A DNA stretch of 40,069 nt from Candidatus Limnocylindria bacterium (GTDB lineage: Bacteria; Chloroflexota; Limnocylindria; QHBO01). The stretch is taken from the NCBI GenBank assembly GCA_041495495.1, contig JBGQCU010000003.1, positions 1 to 40,069 on the forward strand, given 5' to 3'. Below, piece by piece: positions 5,236-14,340 of this stretch. Below the pieces are notes generated by a model. The model was not told the DNA's origin and did not search any database. It worked only from the letters and a program-made list of their open reading frames with translations. A program made the translations under genes and the position numbers. Each line of letters begins with the position of its first letter. The stretch's first letter is position 1.

Positions 5236-8088
5236 TTGAGCGAGGCCGAACGGAAGCGACTGGATCACGTCGTCCTTCCACGCCGCCTCCCCGGGCTCGC
5301 GCTGCTGGAGCGCTATTTCCCTTCGCCGGCCGATAACCAGCTCGACGCTGAGCTCTCCGCATTCGGCCGCCCCGGCGACACCGTCCTCGACCCATGGGCC
5401 GGCACCGGCTGGACCGCGCGCCGTGCGATCGCCCACGGCATGCGGGTGGTGGCCGCCGATCCGAGCCCCTTTGCGCAGCTCGCCGGACAGGCGTTCCTGC
5501 TCGCCCCGGAGCCCGCCGCGCTGGATGCGGCATTCGCCCAGCTCTCCGCCTCGCGGCGCGTCGACGTGCCGCTGCGCCAGCACCTCGAGGAGCTGTACGC
5601 CACCCGTTGCTCGACCTGCCGTCGCCCGGTCGTGGGCGATCAGTTCATCTGGCCGCGCGACGGCGACGCGCCGGGGCGGAAGGTGTACCACTGCCCCAAC
5701 TGCGACGTGTCGGTCGGCGGTCCGCAGGAACGGGTCGCGCCGATCGACGACGCTGATCTCGCCAAGCTTGGGATCGACCGTCCGGCCGATCCCGAGGCCA
5801 CCCTGCCGGTGGCGGACCCCGCGGCCGATGCCGAGGATGACCTGCCGCCGGCGCCGATCGGGCTGACCGCCATGCCGGATCCGGACGAGGACCCTGCTGC
5901 GCCGCATGAAGACCCCGCTGCGCCGATCGGCGAGGGGGGCGGTCCGCCCGCGCTGTCGCCGGCGCTGCCCGATCCGCCGACCGGGTCGTTGCGGTCCGGC
6001 CGCCCGCGCTTCGCCTCCACCGTCCATCCCGACCCGGCCCCCCAACCGCAGACCGATGTCCGCCAGAGCCTGCACTACCAGCAGCTGCGGGACCGGTTTC
6101 CGGTGCTTGACGGCCGAACTGAGCTGGTCGATGAGCTGCTCGACTTGTACACGCCGCGCAACCTGTACGCGCTGCAGACGATCGCCAACAAGATCGATGC
6201 CGAGTTCCGCGAGCCATCGCTGGCGGCCGTCTTCCGCGTGGCGCTGGCGGCCTGCCTGCTCCCCGGCAGCCGCCTGAACGGCTATCCCGGGCGGGTCGCC
6301 TCGCTGCGCATCAGCGGCGGGCACGTGCGCCAGCCGGCGTCGCGCCACCAGCGCGAGGTGAACGTCTGGCGCCTCTTCGAGTCGGCGGTCAGCGACGTCA
6401 GAACGGCGATCGTGGCGCTCGGCCGCGATCGCCGCCCCGCGCGCTTCGCGGCCGATCTGGACGAGCTGGGCGGCGTGGGGGCGGCCAACGTGCTCTGGAT
6501 CCGATGCCGTCCCGCGGTGGTCGGGCAGTATCTGCCGCCGGAGGGGGTCGACCTGGTGCTCGGCTCGCCCCCGCCCTCTGCGAGCGCCGACGAGATGAGC
6601 TTCGAATACCTCGCCACCGCCTGGCTGATGGGACGCGAGGCCGCAGAGACGCTGCGCCTCGAGCCGCTCTTCAGTGCGACCCAGAGCCGCGGCGAGCCCG
6701 CCGAGGGGACCGCCATGCGGCACGCCATGACGTCCGCAGCCGGAGCGCTGAAGCCGGGCGGCTGGTGCAACATCCTGATCGAGGGCGGTGACCTGGATCG
6801 GATGCTGGCGGTCGCCGTGGCCGCCGCCGCCGCGGATCTCGAGCTGGTGGACGTCATCCACCGCGAATCGGTCCGCTCGGGAGAGGGGATTGCGCTGCAC
6901 TTCCACAAGCCGTCGGCCGAGGATCGGCTGCGAACCGCCATCTCGTCCAACCCGCTCCAGCTCGGTGCCGAGGACGGGCATCTCACCTACCCGGACCTTG
7001 CCACGGCGATCGATCGGGCGGCGACGGCGCTCCTGAAGCGCCGCGGCGAGCCGGTCGGGCTGGTGCGCATCGGTGCCGCCGTGCTGGTGGAGCTGCAGCG
7101 CGCCGGCCTCCTGTCGCGCGTCTCCGCAGCCCGCGGCGCGGCACCTGGGCCGGAGGGATCCGAATCGGCTCCGGCGGAGGCCACCGACGCCGCGGAGCGG
7201 CCCGAGCGCGGCCCGAACATGCTGGCGACCCTCCTGCGCGAGGAGCTGGCGCGCGACGACCATCCGTCGCTGGTCCGTATCGGCGACGCGGATCGGCCCC
7301 TGTGGTGGCTGCGCCAGCCCGAGCTGAGCGAGACGCCGCTGGCAGATCGTGTCGAGTGGGCCACCTTCTCCGTCCTGACCACCGCCGGCCGGCTGGATGA
7401 GGCCGGCTTCCTGGAGCGGATCTACGCGCTCTTTCCGGGGCTGGAGGCTCCGGACGAGGAGCTGGTGCGGGCCTGCCTGGCGGCCTACGCCTTCGTCGGC
7501 GAGAAGGGGCTGCTGCGCACCGAGGAGGAGCTGGCGGGGCGCCAGGAGGACCACGCCCGGATCATCGGCACGCTGGTCGACTACGGGCACCGCCTGGGAC
7601 TGCGCGCCTGGGTCGGTCGCCACGAGCACGAGCGGCCGTATGCGGGGGCCAGCCTGCTCGAGCGGCTGCGCGACGATGAGCGCCGGGCCTACCTGCCGCT
7701 GATCGTGCGCGCCCCGGCCGCGTCCCTGGCGGCGATCGATGCGATCTGGTATGTGCGCGGCCGGATGGCCTTCATGTTCGACGTCGAATGGACCGCCATG
7801 CTCGGCGAGCCGATCCTGCGGCGCGGCCTGCAGATCGAGCCGACCGATCAACAGGCACGCTTCTGCGTCTTCCCGGCCGAGCGTACCGAGCTGCTCCGCC
7901 TGAAGCTGGACCGATCGCCGTGGCTGCGTGCCGAGGTCGCCCGCCAGAACTGGCACTTCCTGAAGTGGCAGCACCTGGAAGGGCTGGCGGCGCGCGATGG
8001 CGCCAGCCTGGACTGGCTGGAGCCGGTGCTGGGGCTCGATCCGCTGATCGAGCGCGGAGGCGAGCAGCTCACCATGTTCGGGGAGTAG
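5236..8088 (+). CDS. Large DNA amino-methyltransferase-fold protein with Zn ribbon and C-terminal PD-(D/E)xK-like domain; catalytic motif IV degenerate
   Basis: TTG start after AGGAG overlapping the upstream stop. Motifs: VLDPWAGTG (motif I), CSTC/CPNC, LYTPRNLYAL, VDLVLGSPPP (in place of DPPY), LKPGG, H..I..L..YG..LG...W, IDAIW..FDVEWT. C-terminus EQLTMFGE. Confidence 0.8.
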   Translation: MSEAERKRLDHVVLPRRLPGLALLERYFPSPADNQLDAELSAFGRPGDTVLDPWAGTGWTARRAIAHGMRVVAADPSPFAQLAGQAFLLAPEPAALDAAFAQLSASRRVDVPLRQHLEELYATRCSTCRRPVVGDQFIWPRDGDAPGRKVYHCPNCDVSVGGPQERVAPIDDADLAKLGIDRPADPEATLPVADPAADAEDDLPPAPIGLTAMPDPDEDPAAPHEDPAAPIGEGGGPPALSPALPDPPTGSLRSGRPRFASTVHPDPAPQPQTDVRQSLHYQQLRDRFPVLDGRTELVDELLDLYTPRNLYALQTIANKIDAEFREPSLAAVFRVALAACLLPGSRLNGYPGRVASLRISGGHVRQPASRHQREVNVWRLFESAVSDVRTAIVALGRDRRPARFAADLDELGGVGAANVLWIRCRPAVVGQYLPPEGVDLVLGSPPPSASADEMSFEYLATAWLMGREAAETLRLEPLFSATQSRGEPAEGTAMRHAMTSAAGALKPGGWCNILIEGGDLDRMLAVAVAAAAADLELVDVIHRESVRSGEGIALHFHKPSAEDRLRTAISSNPLQLGAEDGHLTYPDLATAIDRAATALLKRRGEPVGLVRIGAAVLVELQRAGLLSRVSAARGAAPGPEGSESAPAEATDAAERPERGPNMLATLLREELARDDHPSLVRIGDADRPLWWLRQPELSETPLADRVEWATFSVLTTAGRLDEAGFLERIYALFPGLEAPDEELVRACLAAYAFVGEKGLLRTEEELAGRQEDHARIIGTLVDYGHRLGLRAWVGRHEHERPYAGASLLERLRDDERRAYLPLIVRAPAASLAAIDAIWYVRGRMAFMFDVEWTAMLGEPILRRGLQIEPTDQQARFCVFPAERTELLRLKLDRSPWLRAEVARQNWHFLKWQHLEGLAARDGASLDWLEPVLGLDPLIERGGEQLTMFGE
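5779..6054 (+). repeat. Pro/Asp/Ala-rich low-complexity linker inside the MTase-like protein
   Basis: RPADPEATLPVADPAADAEDDLPPAP...EDPAAPHEDPAAP...; EDPAAP occurs twice in tandem. Confidence 0.7.
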
Positions 8089-8123
8089 TCGCGGCCGAAA
8101 GCCCTCCGGCGTAGACTCGCCGC

Positions 8124-8156
8124 GGGAGTGCCGTGGTTCCCCCCCGCGGCACTCCC
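8124..8156. other. 13-bp hairpin with TTCCCCC loop between convergent genes (terminator or small RNA)
   Basis: GGGAGTGCCGTGG-TTCCCCC-CCGCGGCACTCCC with one G-U pair; no U-tract on either strand; TAGACT lies 6 nt upstream on the + strand. Confidence 0.6.
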
Positions 8157-8181
8157 AAGCACGTGCGCGGGAGCTCGGGAG

Positions 8182-8520
8182 CTAGGCGCGCGGCCCCTTC
8201 GGACGGGCCGCTCGCCTCCCCAGCGCACGTCGCACCACGGTCATCACCTCGTCGACGTAGGGCTGCCCCTGGCCGACCTCGATGGCGTGCGCCAGGCATC
8301 CGTCGATGTGGTCCTCGAGCAGCAGCAGGGCGACGCTGTCGGCGGCGGCCGTCATCGCCTCGACCTGCTGCAGGACGTCCAGGCAATAGGCCTCGTCCTC
8401 GACCAGGCGCTCGATACCGCGCACCTGGCCCTCGATCCGGCGCAGCCGGTTCAGCAGCTCTCCCCGATCCTTGCTGTAGGAGTGGCGGAAGTGATCGGCC
8501 GTGTGCATGTTGCTGGTCAT
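8182..8520 (-). CDS. csoR: CsoR/RcnR-family metal-sensing repressor (C-H-C fingerprint, likely Cu(I))
   Basis: RLRRIEGQVRGI, YCLDVLQQ and EDHIDGC motifs. Start ATG 8520 (alternative 8508). Confidence 0.9.
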   Translation of the reverse strand: MTSNMHTADHFRHSYSKDRGELLNRLRRIEGQVRGIERLVEDEAYCLDVLQQVEAMTAAADSVALLLLEDHIDGCLAHAIEVGQGQPYVDEVMTVVRRALGRRAARPKGPRA

Positions 8521-8560
8521 ACTCGGGGGTAGTATGTGGAGGCGGACCGCCATCGGTCAA
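8518..8560 (-). promoter_or_regulatory. csoR promoter (TTGACC-18-CATACT) with overlapping CsoR/RcnR-type operator CATACT-CGGGGGT-AGTATG
   Basis: 6-bp inverted repeat flanking a G-tract (8518-8536) matches the established TACT-G-tract-AGTA architecture of RcnR/CsoR operators. Confidence 0.75.
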
Positions 8561-8609
8561 TCGCGGCGCGCCGGGTCAACCCGCCGTTCGCGCTACGATG
8601 CGCCGAGCC

Positions 8610-9338
8610 ATGCCCGACCTTGAACGCCACGAGCTGATCCAGCCTCTCGAACGAGCCCTGGTCATCTTCAGTCATCCGGATGACGCCGAGTTCGGTGCGG
8701 CGGCGACCATCGCCCACCTGACCGCCGCCGGCGCCCGGGTCGACTACGTGGTGACGACCGATGGCGGCAAGGGGACCGAGGACCCCGCGGTCACCTCGGC
8801 GCAGCTGACGTCCCTGCGCGAGGCCGAGCAGCGCGCCGCGGCTGACGTGCTGGGCGTCACCGAGATCGTGCACCTCGGCTACCCCGATGGCTACCTCGAG
8901 CCGACCCTCGCCCTGCGGCGCGACATCGTGCGCCAGGTCCGTCGCTTCCGGCCCGACCTGGTGATCGCCCAGAACCCGCTGCGCCGCCAGGACGGCAACC
9001 CGTTCATCGGCCACCCCGATCACCTGGCCACCGGGGAGGCGACCCTGGCCGCGGTGTATCCCGCTGCGCGCGACCGGCTCAACTTCCCGCAGCTGCTGTC
9101 CGAGGGGCTCGAGCCGTGGAAGGTGCGCCAGATCCTCGTCAGTGGGGTGGAGCGGCCGAACCTGTTCATCGACGTCTCGAGCACGTTTGAGATCGGGCTG
9201 CAGGCCCTCTTCTGCCATGCCAGCCAGATCTCGGACCCGGCCGCCGTCGAGGAGCGGGTGCGACAGCGTGCGGTGGAGCTGGGCGAGCCGGTCGGCCTCG
9301 AGCTGGCCAACGCCTTCCTGTCGATCCTGATCGGCTGA
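8610..9338 (+). CDS. PIG-L / LmbE / MshB-family N-deacetylase
   Basis: HPDDAE, TDGGKG, REAEQ and HPDH motifs intact; ATG 8610 lies 10 nt after TACGAT. Confidence 0.9.
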   Translation: MPDLERHELIQPLERALVIFSHPDDAEFGAAATIAHLTAAGARVDYVVTTDGGKGTEDPAVTSAQLTSLREAEQRAAADVLGVTEIVHLGYPDGYLEPTLALRRDIVRQVRRFRPDLVIAQNPLRRQDGNPFIGHPDHLATGEATLAAVYPAARDRLNFPQLLSEGLEPWKVRQILVSGVERPNLFIDVSSTFEIGLQALFCHASQISDPAAVEERVRQRAVELGEPVGLELANAFLSILIG

Positions 9339-9354
9339 TGGAGACCGAGCGGCG

Positions 9355-11259
9355 ATGATGCGCGGCCACTGGGGAGGCGGCGAGGGACCAAACCTGCGCG
9401 CCCGGCCGGGGAGCGGCCCCGCCACCTTCCGACGCATCGTCGGCTTCTTCCGGCCGTATCAGCGGCGGTTGTCCCTCATCGGGATCCTGATCGTGCTGAC
9501 CGTCAGCATCGGCGTCATCAACCCGATCCTCCTCAAGCTGGTCATCGACAACCTGACCGGGCCGCGCGACGTGGGGCTCCTGTACCTGCAATGCGGGCTG
9601 ATGATCGGTCTGCCGATCGTGACCAGCCTGCTCGGCGTGTGGCAGAGCTACCTGTCCAACGTGGTCGGCCAGAACGTGATGAACGACCTGCGCCACGCGC
9701 TCTACACGCACCTGCAGTGGATGCCGCTGCGCTTCTTCACCGAGACGCGGACCGGCGAGATCCAGAGTCGCATCGGAAACGACGTCAATGGCGTGCAGTC
9801 GGTGGTGACCGATACGGCCGCGTCGCTGCTTTCCAACTTCGCCACGGTGGCGACCACCGTGATCGCGATGCTGATCATCGACTGGCGGCTAACCGCGCTC
9901 AGCCTCGGCATGCTGCCGATCTTCGCCTACATCACCTACCGCGTCGGCAAAGTCCGTCGCGTGGTGAGCGGCCTCACCCAGCGGTCGCTGGCGGAGGTGA
10001 GCGCCATCACCCAGGAGTCGCTGTCGGTGTCTGGCATCCTCCTCTCCAAGACATTTGGCCAGCAGCGGGCCAGCATCGAGAAGTTCCGCCGCGAGTCCCG
10101 CCGCCTGGGCGACCTCCAGATCCGGCAGCAGATGATCGGCCGCTGGTTCTTCGCGCTGATCGGCACCTTCTTCTCGATCGCGCCCGCCTTCGTCTACCTG
10201 CTGGCGGGGACCCTCATCATCGGCGGCGACACGCACGTCAGCATCGGCACCATCGTCGCCTTCACCACCCTCCAGAGCCGGCTCTTCTTCCCGCTCGGCC
10301 AGCTCCTGGGCGTGCAGGTCGAGATCCAGGGTGCGCTGGCCCTCTTTGACCGGATCTTCGAGTACCTGGAGATGCAATCGGAGATCACCGATGCGCCAGA
10401 TGCGGTCGAGCTGGACCAGGCCACGGTGCACGGCGAGCTGCGCCTGCGCAGCGTCTCGTTCCACTATCCCCGTCCGCCCGTCATCCTGGCGGCGCCGTCC
10501 GAGGCTGAGGCCGCCGACGAGGCGGAAAGCGCGGTCGCGCCGCCGGCGCTGCCGGTCAGGCCGTTCGGCCTGAACGAGATCGATTTCGACGCGCTGCCCG
10601 GGCAGCTGGTGGCGCTGGTCGGCCCGTCGGGCGCCGGCAAGACCACTACCACCTATCTCATCCCGCGGCTGTATGACGTGGATGAGGGCGCGGTGGAGAT
10701 CGACGGCCTCGACGTGCGGCGCATCCGGCTCGAATCGCTGGGCCGGGTGATCGGCGTGGTCACGCAGGAGACGTACCTCTTCCACGCCTCGATCATCGAC
10801 AACCTGCGCTACGCCAAGCCCGATGCCACCATGGCCGAGATCGAGGAGGCGGCGCGCGCGGCCGCGATCCACGATCGGATTGCCGAGCTGCCCGAGGGCT
10901 ATGACACGATCGTCGGCGAGCGCGGCTACAAGCTGTCGGGCGGCGAGAAGCAGCGCGTCGCGATCGCGCGGGTGCTGCTCAAGGACCCCCGCATCCTGCT
11001 CCTTGACGAGGCGACCAGCGCCCTCGACACGGTCAGCGAGCGGCTCATCCAGGCCGCCCTCAACCGGCTCATGGAGGGGCGCACCACGATCGCCATCGCG
11101 CACCGCCTGTCGACCATCCTGCGTGCCGATCAGATCCTCGTCTTCGACCGGGGCCGGATCGTGGAGCGCGGAACGCACGACCAGCTGCTTCGGCACGAGG
11201 GCCTGTACGCGCAGCTGTACCACGAGCAATTCGCGGCCGAGCGGGAAGGACGCGCGTGA
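9355..11259 (+). CDS. ABC exporter, fused permease + ATPase (MsbA/MdlB-like)
   Basis: N-terminal TM domain; Walker [35 protein letters not shown]. Confidence 0.95.
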   Translation: MMRGHWGGGEGPNLRARPGSGPATFRRIVGFFRPYQRRLSLIGILIVLTVSIGVINPILLKLVIDNLTGPRDVGLLYLQCGLMIGLPIVTSLLGVWQSYLSNVVGQNVMNDLRHALYTHLQWMPLRFFTETRTGEIQSRIGNDVNGVQSVVTDTAASLLSNFATVATTVIAMLIIDWRLTALSLGMLPIFAYITYRVGKVRRVVSGLTQRSLAEVSAITQESLSVSGILLSKTFGQQRASIEKFRRESRRLGDLQIRQQMIGRWFFALIGTFFSIAPAFVYLLAGTLIIGGDTHVSIGTIVAFTTLQSRLFFPLGQLLGVQVEIQGALALFDRIFEYLEMQSEITDAPDAVELDQATVHGELRLRSVSFHYPRPPVILAAPSEAEAADEAESAVAPPALPVRPFGLNEIDFDALPGQLVALVGPSGAGKTTTTYLIPRLYDVDEGAVEIDGLDVRRIRLESLGRVIGVVTQETYLFHASIIDNLRYAKPDATMAEIEEAARAAAIHDRIAELPEGYDTIVGERGYKLSGGEKQRVAIARVLLKDPRILLLDEATSALDTVSERLIQAALNRLMEGRTTIAIAHRLSTILRADQILVFDRGRIVERGTHDQLLRHEGLYAQLYHEQFAAEREGRA

Positions 11260-13337
11260 GCGAGGCGCCCTCCGCGTCCAACCGCCTCGCGGGCGAGACC
11301 AGCCCATACCTGCTCCAGCACGCGCACAACCCGGTGGACTGGTATCCATGGGGTCCGGAGGCGCTCGAACGGGCTCGCGCCGAAGATAAGCCGATCTTCC
11401 TGTCGATCGGCTACTCGGCCTGCCACTGGTGCCATGTCATGGCCCACGAGTCGTTCGAGGACCCGGCCATCGCCGCGCAATTGAACCGCGACTTCGTGGC
11501 GATCAAGGTCGACCGCGAGGAGCGCCCCGACCTCGACGACGTGTACATGGCCGCCGTGCAGACCATGACCGGCGGTGGCGGCTGGCCGATGAGCGTCTTC
11601 CTGACCCCGGCGCTGGAGCCGTTCTTCGGCGGCACCTACTTCCCGCCCGAGGATCGGCACGGGATGCCCGGCTTCCCTCGCGTGCTGGCCGGCATCGCCG
11701 ACGCGTACCGTACCCGGCGCGACGAGGTGGTCGCCCAGGGGCGGGAGCTGGCCGCGCACCTGCGCGAACAGCTGGACGTCCAGTCCGGTGGGGCGGAGGT
11801 CGAGCGAGCGCAGCTCGAAGTGGCCGCCGCCCGCCTGGCGCAGTCATTCGACCCGACCCACGGCGGCTTCGGGGGCGCACCCAAGTTCCCGGCGCCGATG
11901 ACGCTCGAGTTCCTGCTCCGCGCCTGGCGACGAAGCCGGGATCCGGAGACCCTGCGGATCGTGACGCTGACCCTCGACCGCATGGCGGACGGCGGCATCC
12001 ATGACCAGCTGGGGGGTGGGTTCGCCCGCTACAGCACCGACGCCCGCTGGCTGGTGCCACATTTCGAGAAGATGCTGTACGACAACGCCCAGCTGGCGCA
12101 TGCCTACCTGGAGGGGTATCGGGCGACCGGCATGGACCGATATGCCGACGTCGCGCGGCGCACGCTCGACTTCATGGTCCGCGAGCTGGCGACCGAGGAC
12201 GGCGGCTTCGCATCGGCTCTCGACGCCGACAGCGAGGGCGAGGAGGGGCGCTTCTACACCTGGGATCAGGTCGAGTTCACCGAAGCCCTCCACCGCGCCG
12301 GCCTGGATGATGCCGATACCGGCTTACTGGCCGATTACTGGGGCGTTATCGCCGCCGGCAACTGGGAGGGCCGCTCGATCCTGCACGTCACCTCAACGCA
12401 GGCTCCAGCGGCGGACCTGCTGGAGAGGGCCCGGCGCGCCCTGCTCGCAGCCCGCGATGGCCGCGTTCGGCCTGGCCGCGACGACAAGCAGCTCGCCGCC
12501 TGGAACGGCATGGCGCTCCGTGCGCTCTCGGTCGGGGCGCTGGTCCTCGGCGATGAGCGGTTCGCCGCTGCCGCCCAGCGCTGCGTCGCGTTTGTCCGGG
12601 CGCGCCTGCTGCGCGACGACGCACGACTGTGGCGCACCACTCGAGACGGTGTCGCGCACACGCCCGCCTTCTGCGAGGACTACGCCCATGTCGCCGATGG
12701 GCTGCTGGCCGCGTACGCCGCCGCGGGGCAGGTCGAGGACCTCCTGCTCGCGGCGGCCCTCATGGATCGAGCCGTCACCGACTTCTGGGATGAGGAGCGC
12801 GGCATCTTCTTCGACACGAGCGACGAGCACGACCGCACGGTGGCGCGCCCGCGCTCGGTGGTCGACGGCGCCACCCCGGCCGCCAACTCGGTCGCCGCCG
12901 ACGTGCTGCTGCGCCTGTCGCTCCTCACCGGGGACGCGGATCACGACCGCCGTGCCCGCAGCATCCTGCGTGCCGCCGGGCCGGCCCTCGACCGCCACCC
13001 CGCGCAGTTCGGCAGGATGCTGGCCGCCGCGGATCGCTCCCTGGGGGAGCCGCTGGATGCCGTGATCGCCGGCGAGAGCGACGATCCCCGGGCGCTGGCC
13101 CTGCGACGCGCGGCCGCCGTGCCCTACGCCCCTGATCTGGTGATCGCACCGCTGCCGAAGGGGAGCGACGTTTGGGGCTGGCCGCTCTTCAAGGGGAAGG
13201 CGGCGCGGGACGGCGCGCCGACTGCGTACGTCTGTCGCGGTTACGCCTGCGACCAGCCGACCTCGGATCCCAACCGCGTGGTCGCGCAGGTCAATGCGCT
13301 TGTCCCGACCGCCAACGGTGAGACGGCCACGCCATGA
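11256..13337 (+). CDS. Thioredoxin-domain protein YyaL/DUF255 (SPATA20-like)
   Basis: [53 protein letters not shown] and [10 protein letters not shown] motifs; GTGA overlap. Confidence 0.95.
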   Translation: MSEAPSASNRLAGETSPYLLQHAHNPVDWYPWGPEALERARAEDKPIFLSIGYSACHWCHVMAHESFEDPAIAAQLNRDFVAIKVDREERPDLDDVYMAAVQTMTGGGGWPMSVFLTPALEPFFGGTYFPPEDRHGMPGFPRVLAGIADAYRTRRDEVVAQGRELAAHLREQLDVQSGGAEVERAQLEVAAARLAQSFDPTHGGFGGAPKFPAPMTLEFLLRAWRRSRDPETLRIVTLTLDRMADGGIHDQLGGGFARYSTDARWLVPHFEKMLYDNAQLAHAYLEGYRATGMDRYADVARRTLDFMVRELATEDGGFASALDADSEGEEGRFYTWDQVEFTEALHRAGLDDADTGLLADYWGVIAAGNWEGRSILHVTSTQAPAADLLERARRALLAARDGRVRPGRDDKQLAAWNGMALRALSVGALVLGDERFAAAAQRCVAFVRARLLRDDARLWRTTRDGVAHTPAFCEDYAHVADGLLAAYAAAGQVEDLLLAAALMDRAVTDFWDEERGIFFDTSDEHDRTVARPRSVVDGATPAANSVAADVLLRLSLLTGDADHDRRARSILRAAGPALDRHPAQFGRMLAAADRSLGEPLDAVIAGESDDPRALALRRAAAVPYAPDLVIAPLPKGSDVWGWPLFKGKAARDGAPTAYVCRGYACDQPTSDPNRVVAQVNALVPTANGETATP

Positions 13338-14302
13338 GCAGCTCCGCCACCGCGTTCCTGCGGCTCCTGCTTCTCGCCGGATTGATCACCGGCTGTGCGA
13401 CCGCGTCGCCGACGCCGTCGCCGACCCCGGTGCCGACCGCGGAGCCGACACCGACCGCCAGTCCGAGCCCGACGCCCACGCCCAGCGCAACCCCCGTGCC
13501 CAGCCCGATACCGATCCCGGTCGACGAGGAGATGCTCGGGCGACGCTTCACCGTCCTGGTTGCCGGCGAGGACACCAGCGCCAGCCGACGCGCCGGAGGC
13601 CTGGAAAGCTGGCGCACGGACGCCCTGATGGTGGTCAGCGTCAGCGCCGACAAGTCGCGGATCGACATGATCTCGCTGCCGCGCGACACCGTCGACGTGC
13701 CGATGGCCGATGGCCGGATCTACCACGGCAAGATCAACGCGATCTCGGAGGCGTTTGGGATCGAGGCGCTGCGGGGCGCCGTATCGACGCTCCTCGGTGT
13801 CCCGATCGACCGCTACATCCGGATCGACATGGACGATTTCGTGTGGATGGTCGACGTGGTCGGCGGCATCGACGTCGTGGTGAAGACCCGCCTCTCGGAC
13901 CCGAAGGTGCACCTCCATCTGGCGGCAGGCCCCACGCACCTTGACGGCGCGACGGCACTCGCCTTCAGTCGCACCCGAGCCGATTCGGATTATGAGCGGG
14001 CCGCCCGCCAGCAGCAGGTGATCCTGGCCCTGGTCCGCAAGTGGCTCGAGCCGGGGACCGGGTCGTTGGTGGGCAGCGTGCGGCTCCTCGGGTCGCTCAA
14101 GACCGACATCCAGCTGGGTGAGCTGACGACGCTGCTCGAGATCGGGCGTCGCTCGGCGACCGCCGCGGTGACGGCCATCGTGCTGCAGCCGCCGCGCTAC
14201 TCGCTCTTCGCCGGCATCGAGCCGAACACCAAGCGCGGCTGGGTGATGATCCCCAATGTCAGCGCGATGCGGCGCTACGCCCGGGCGGCGCTGGCAGGCT
14301 GA
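13334..14302 (+). CDS. LytR-CpsA-Psr (LCP) family lipoprotein
   Basis: Lipobox LITGC; PT-rich linker; RTDALMV, SLPRDT, KINA, GGIDV, FSRTR and [10 protein letters not shown] motifs. Confidence 0.92.
   Translation: MSSSATAFLRLLLLAGLITGCATASPTPSPTPVPTAEPTPTASPSPTPTPSATPVPSPIPIPVDEEMLGRRFTVLVAGEDTSASRRAGGLESWRTDALMVVSVSADKSRIDMISLPRDTVDVPMADGRIYHGKINAISEAFGIEALRGAVSTLLGVPIDRYIRIDMDDFVWMVDVVGGIDVVVKTRLSDPKVHLHLAAGPTHLDGATALAFSRTRADSDYERAARQQQVILALVRKWLEPGTGSLVGSVRLLGSLKTDIQLGELTTLLEIGRRSATAAVTAIVLQPPRYSLFAGIEPNTKRGWVMIPNVSAMRRYARAALAG
13403..13519 (+). repeat. Pro/Thr/Ser-rich linker repeat
   Basis: [39 protein letters not shown]; ccgacgccg-like DNA repeats. Confidence 0.8.
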
Positions 14303-14340
14303 CGTGCGGCCCGCCGAACGGGAACGTCAGGCGGCGGCGC

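Noticed and set aside
4142-5533. N-terminal 460-aa extension of the ECF sigma ORF
   Set aside because: Antisense to the TPR gene; the sigma has its own SD, ATG (4141) and promoter.
5101-7974. 957-aa antisense ORF and many other long overlapping ORFs (e.g. 14622-16364, 9889-11349, 21168-22721, 33267-34664)
   Set aside because: Shadow frames of high-GC genes: no motifs, and they lie opposite well-supported CDSs.
5236-8088. Canonical Type IIG / BREX / DUF499-type defence system
   Set aside because: MTase motif IV lacks the aromatic residue and no ATPase, helicase, PglZ or specificity genes are adjacent; kept only as an evolutionary-origin hypothesis.
8133-8609. N-terminal extensions of PIG-L (from 8133), GlgC (from 34399) and the gluzincin-like gene (from 36412)
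   Set aside because: They overlap other genes and are Arg/Pro-rich noise; better starts exist at 8610, 34729 and 36553.
13403-13519. Tandem DNA repeats as CRISPR or VNTR (also 24889-24950 and 5105-5224)
   Set aside because: Degenerate, in-frame, and explained by PT, SA or acidic protein linkers; no repeat-spacer structure or cas genes.
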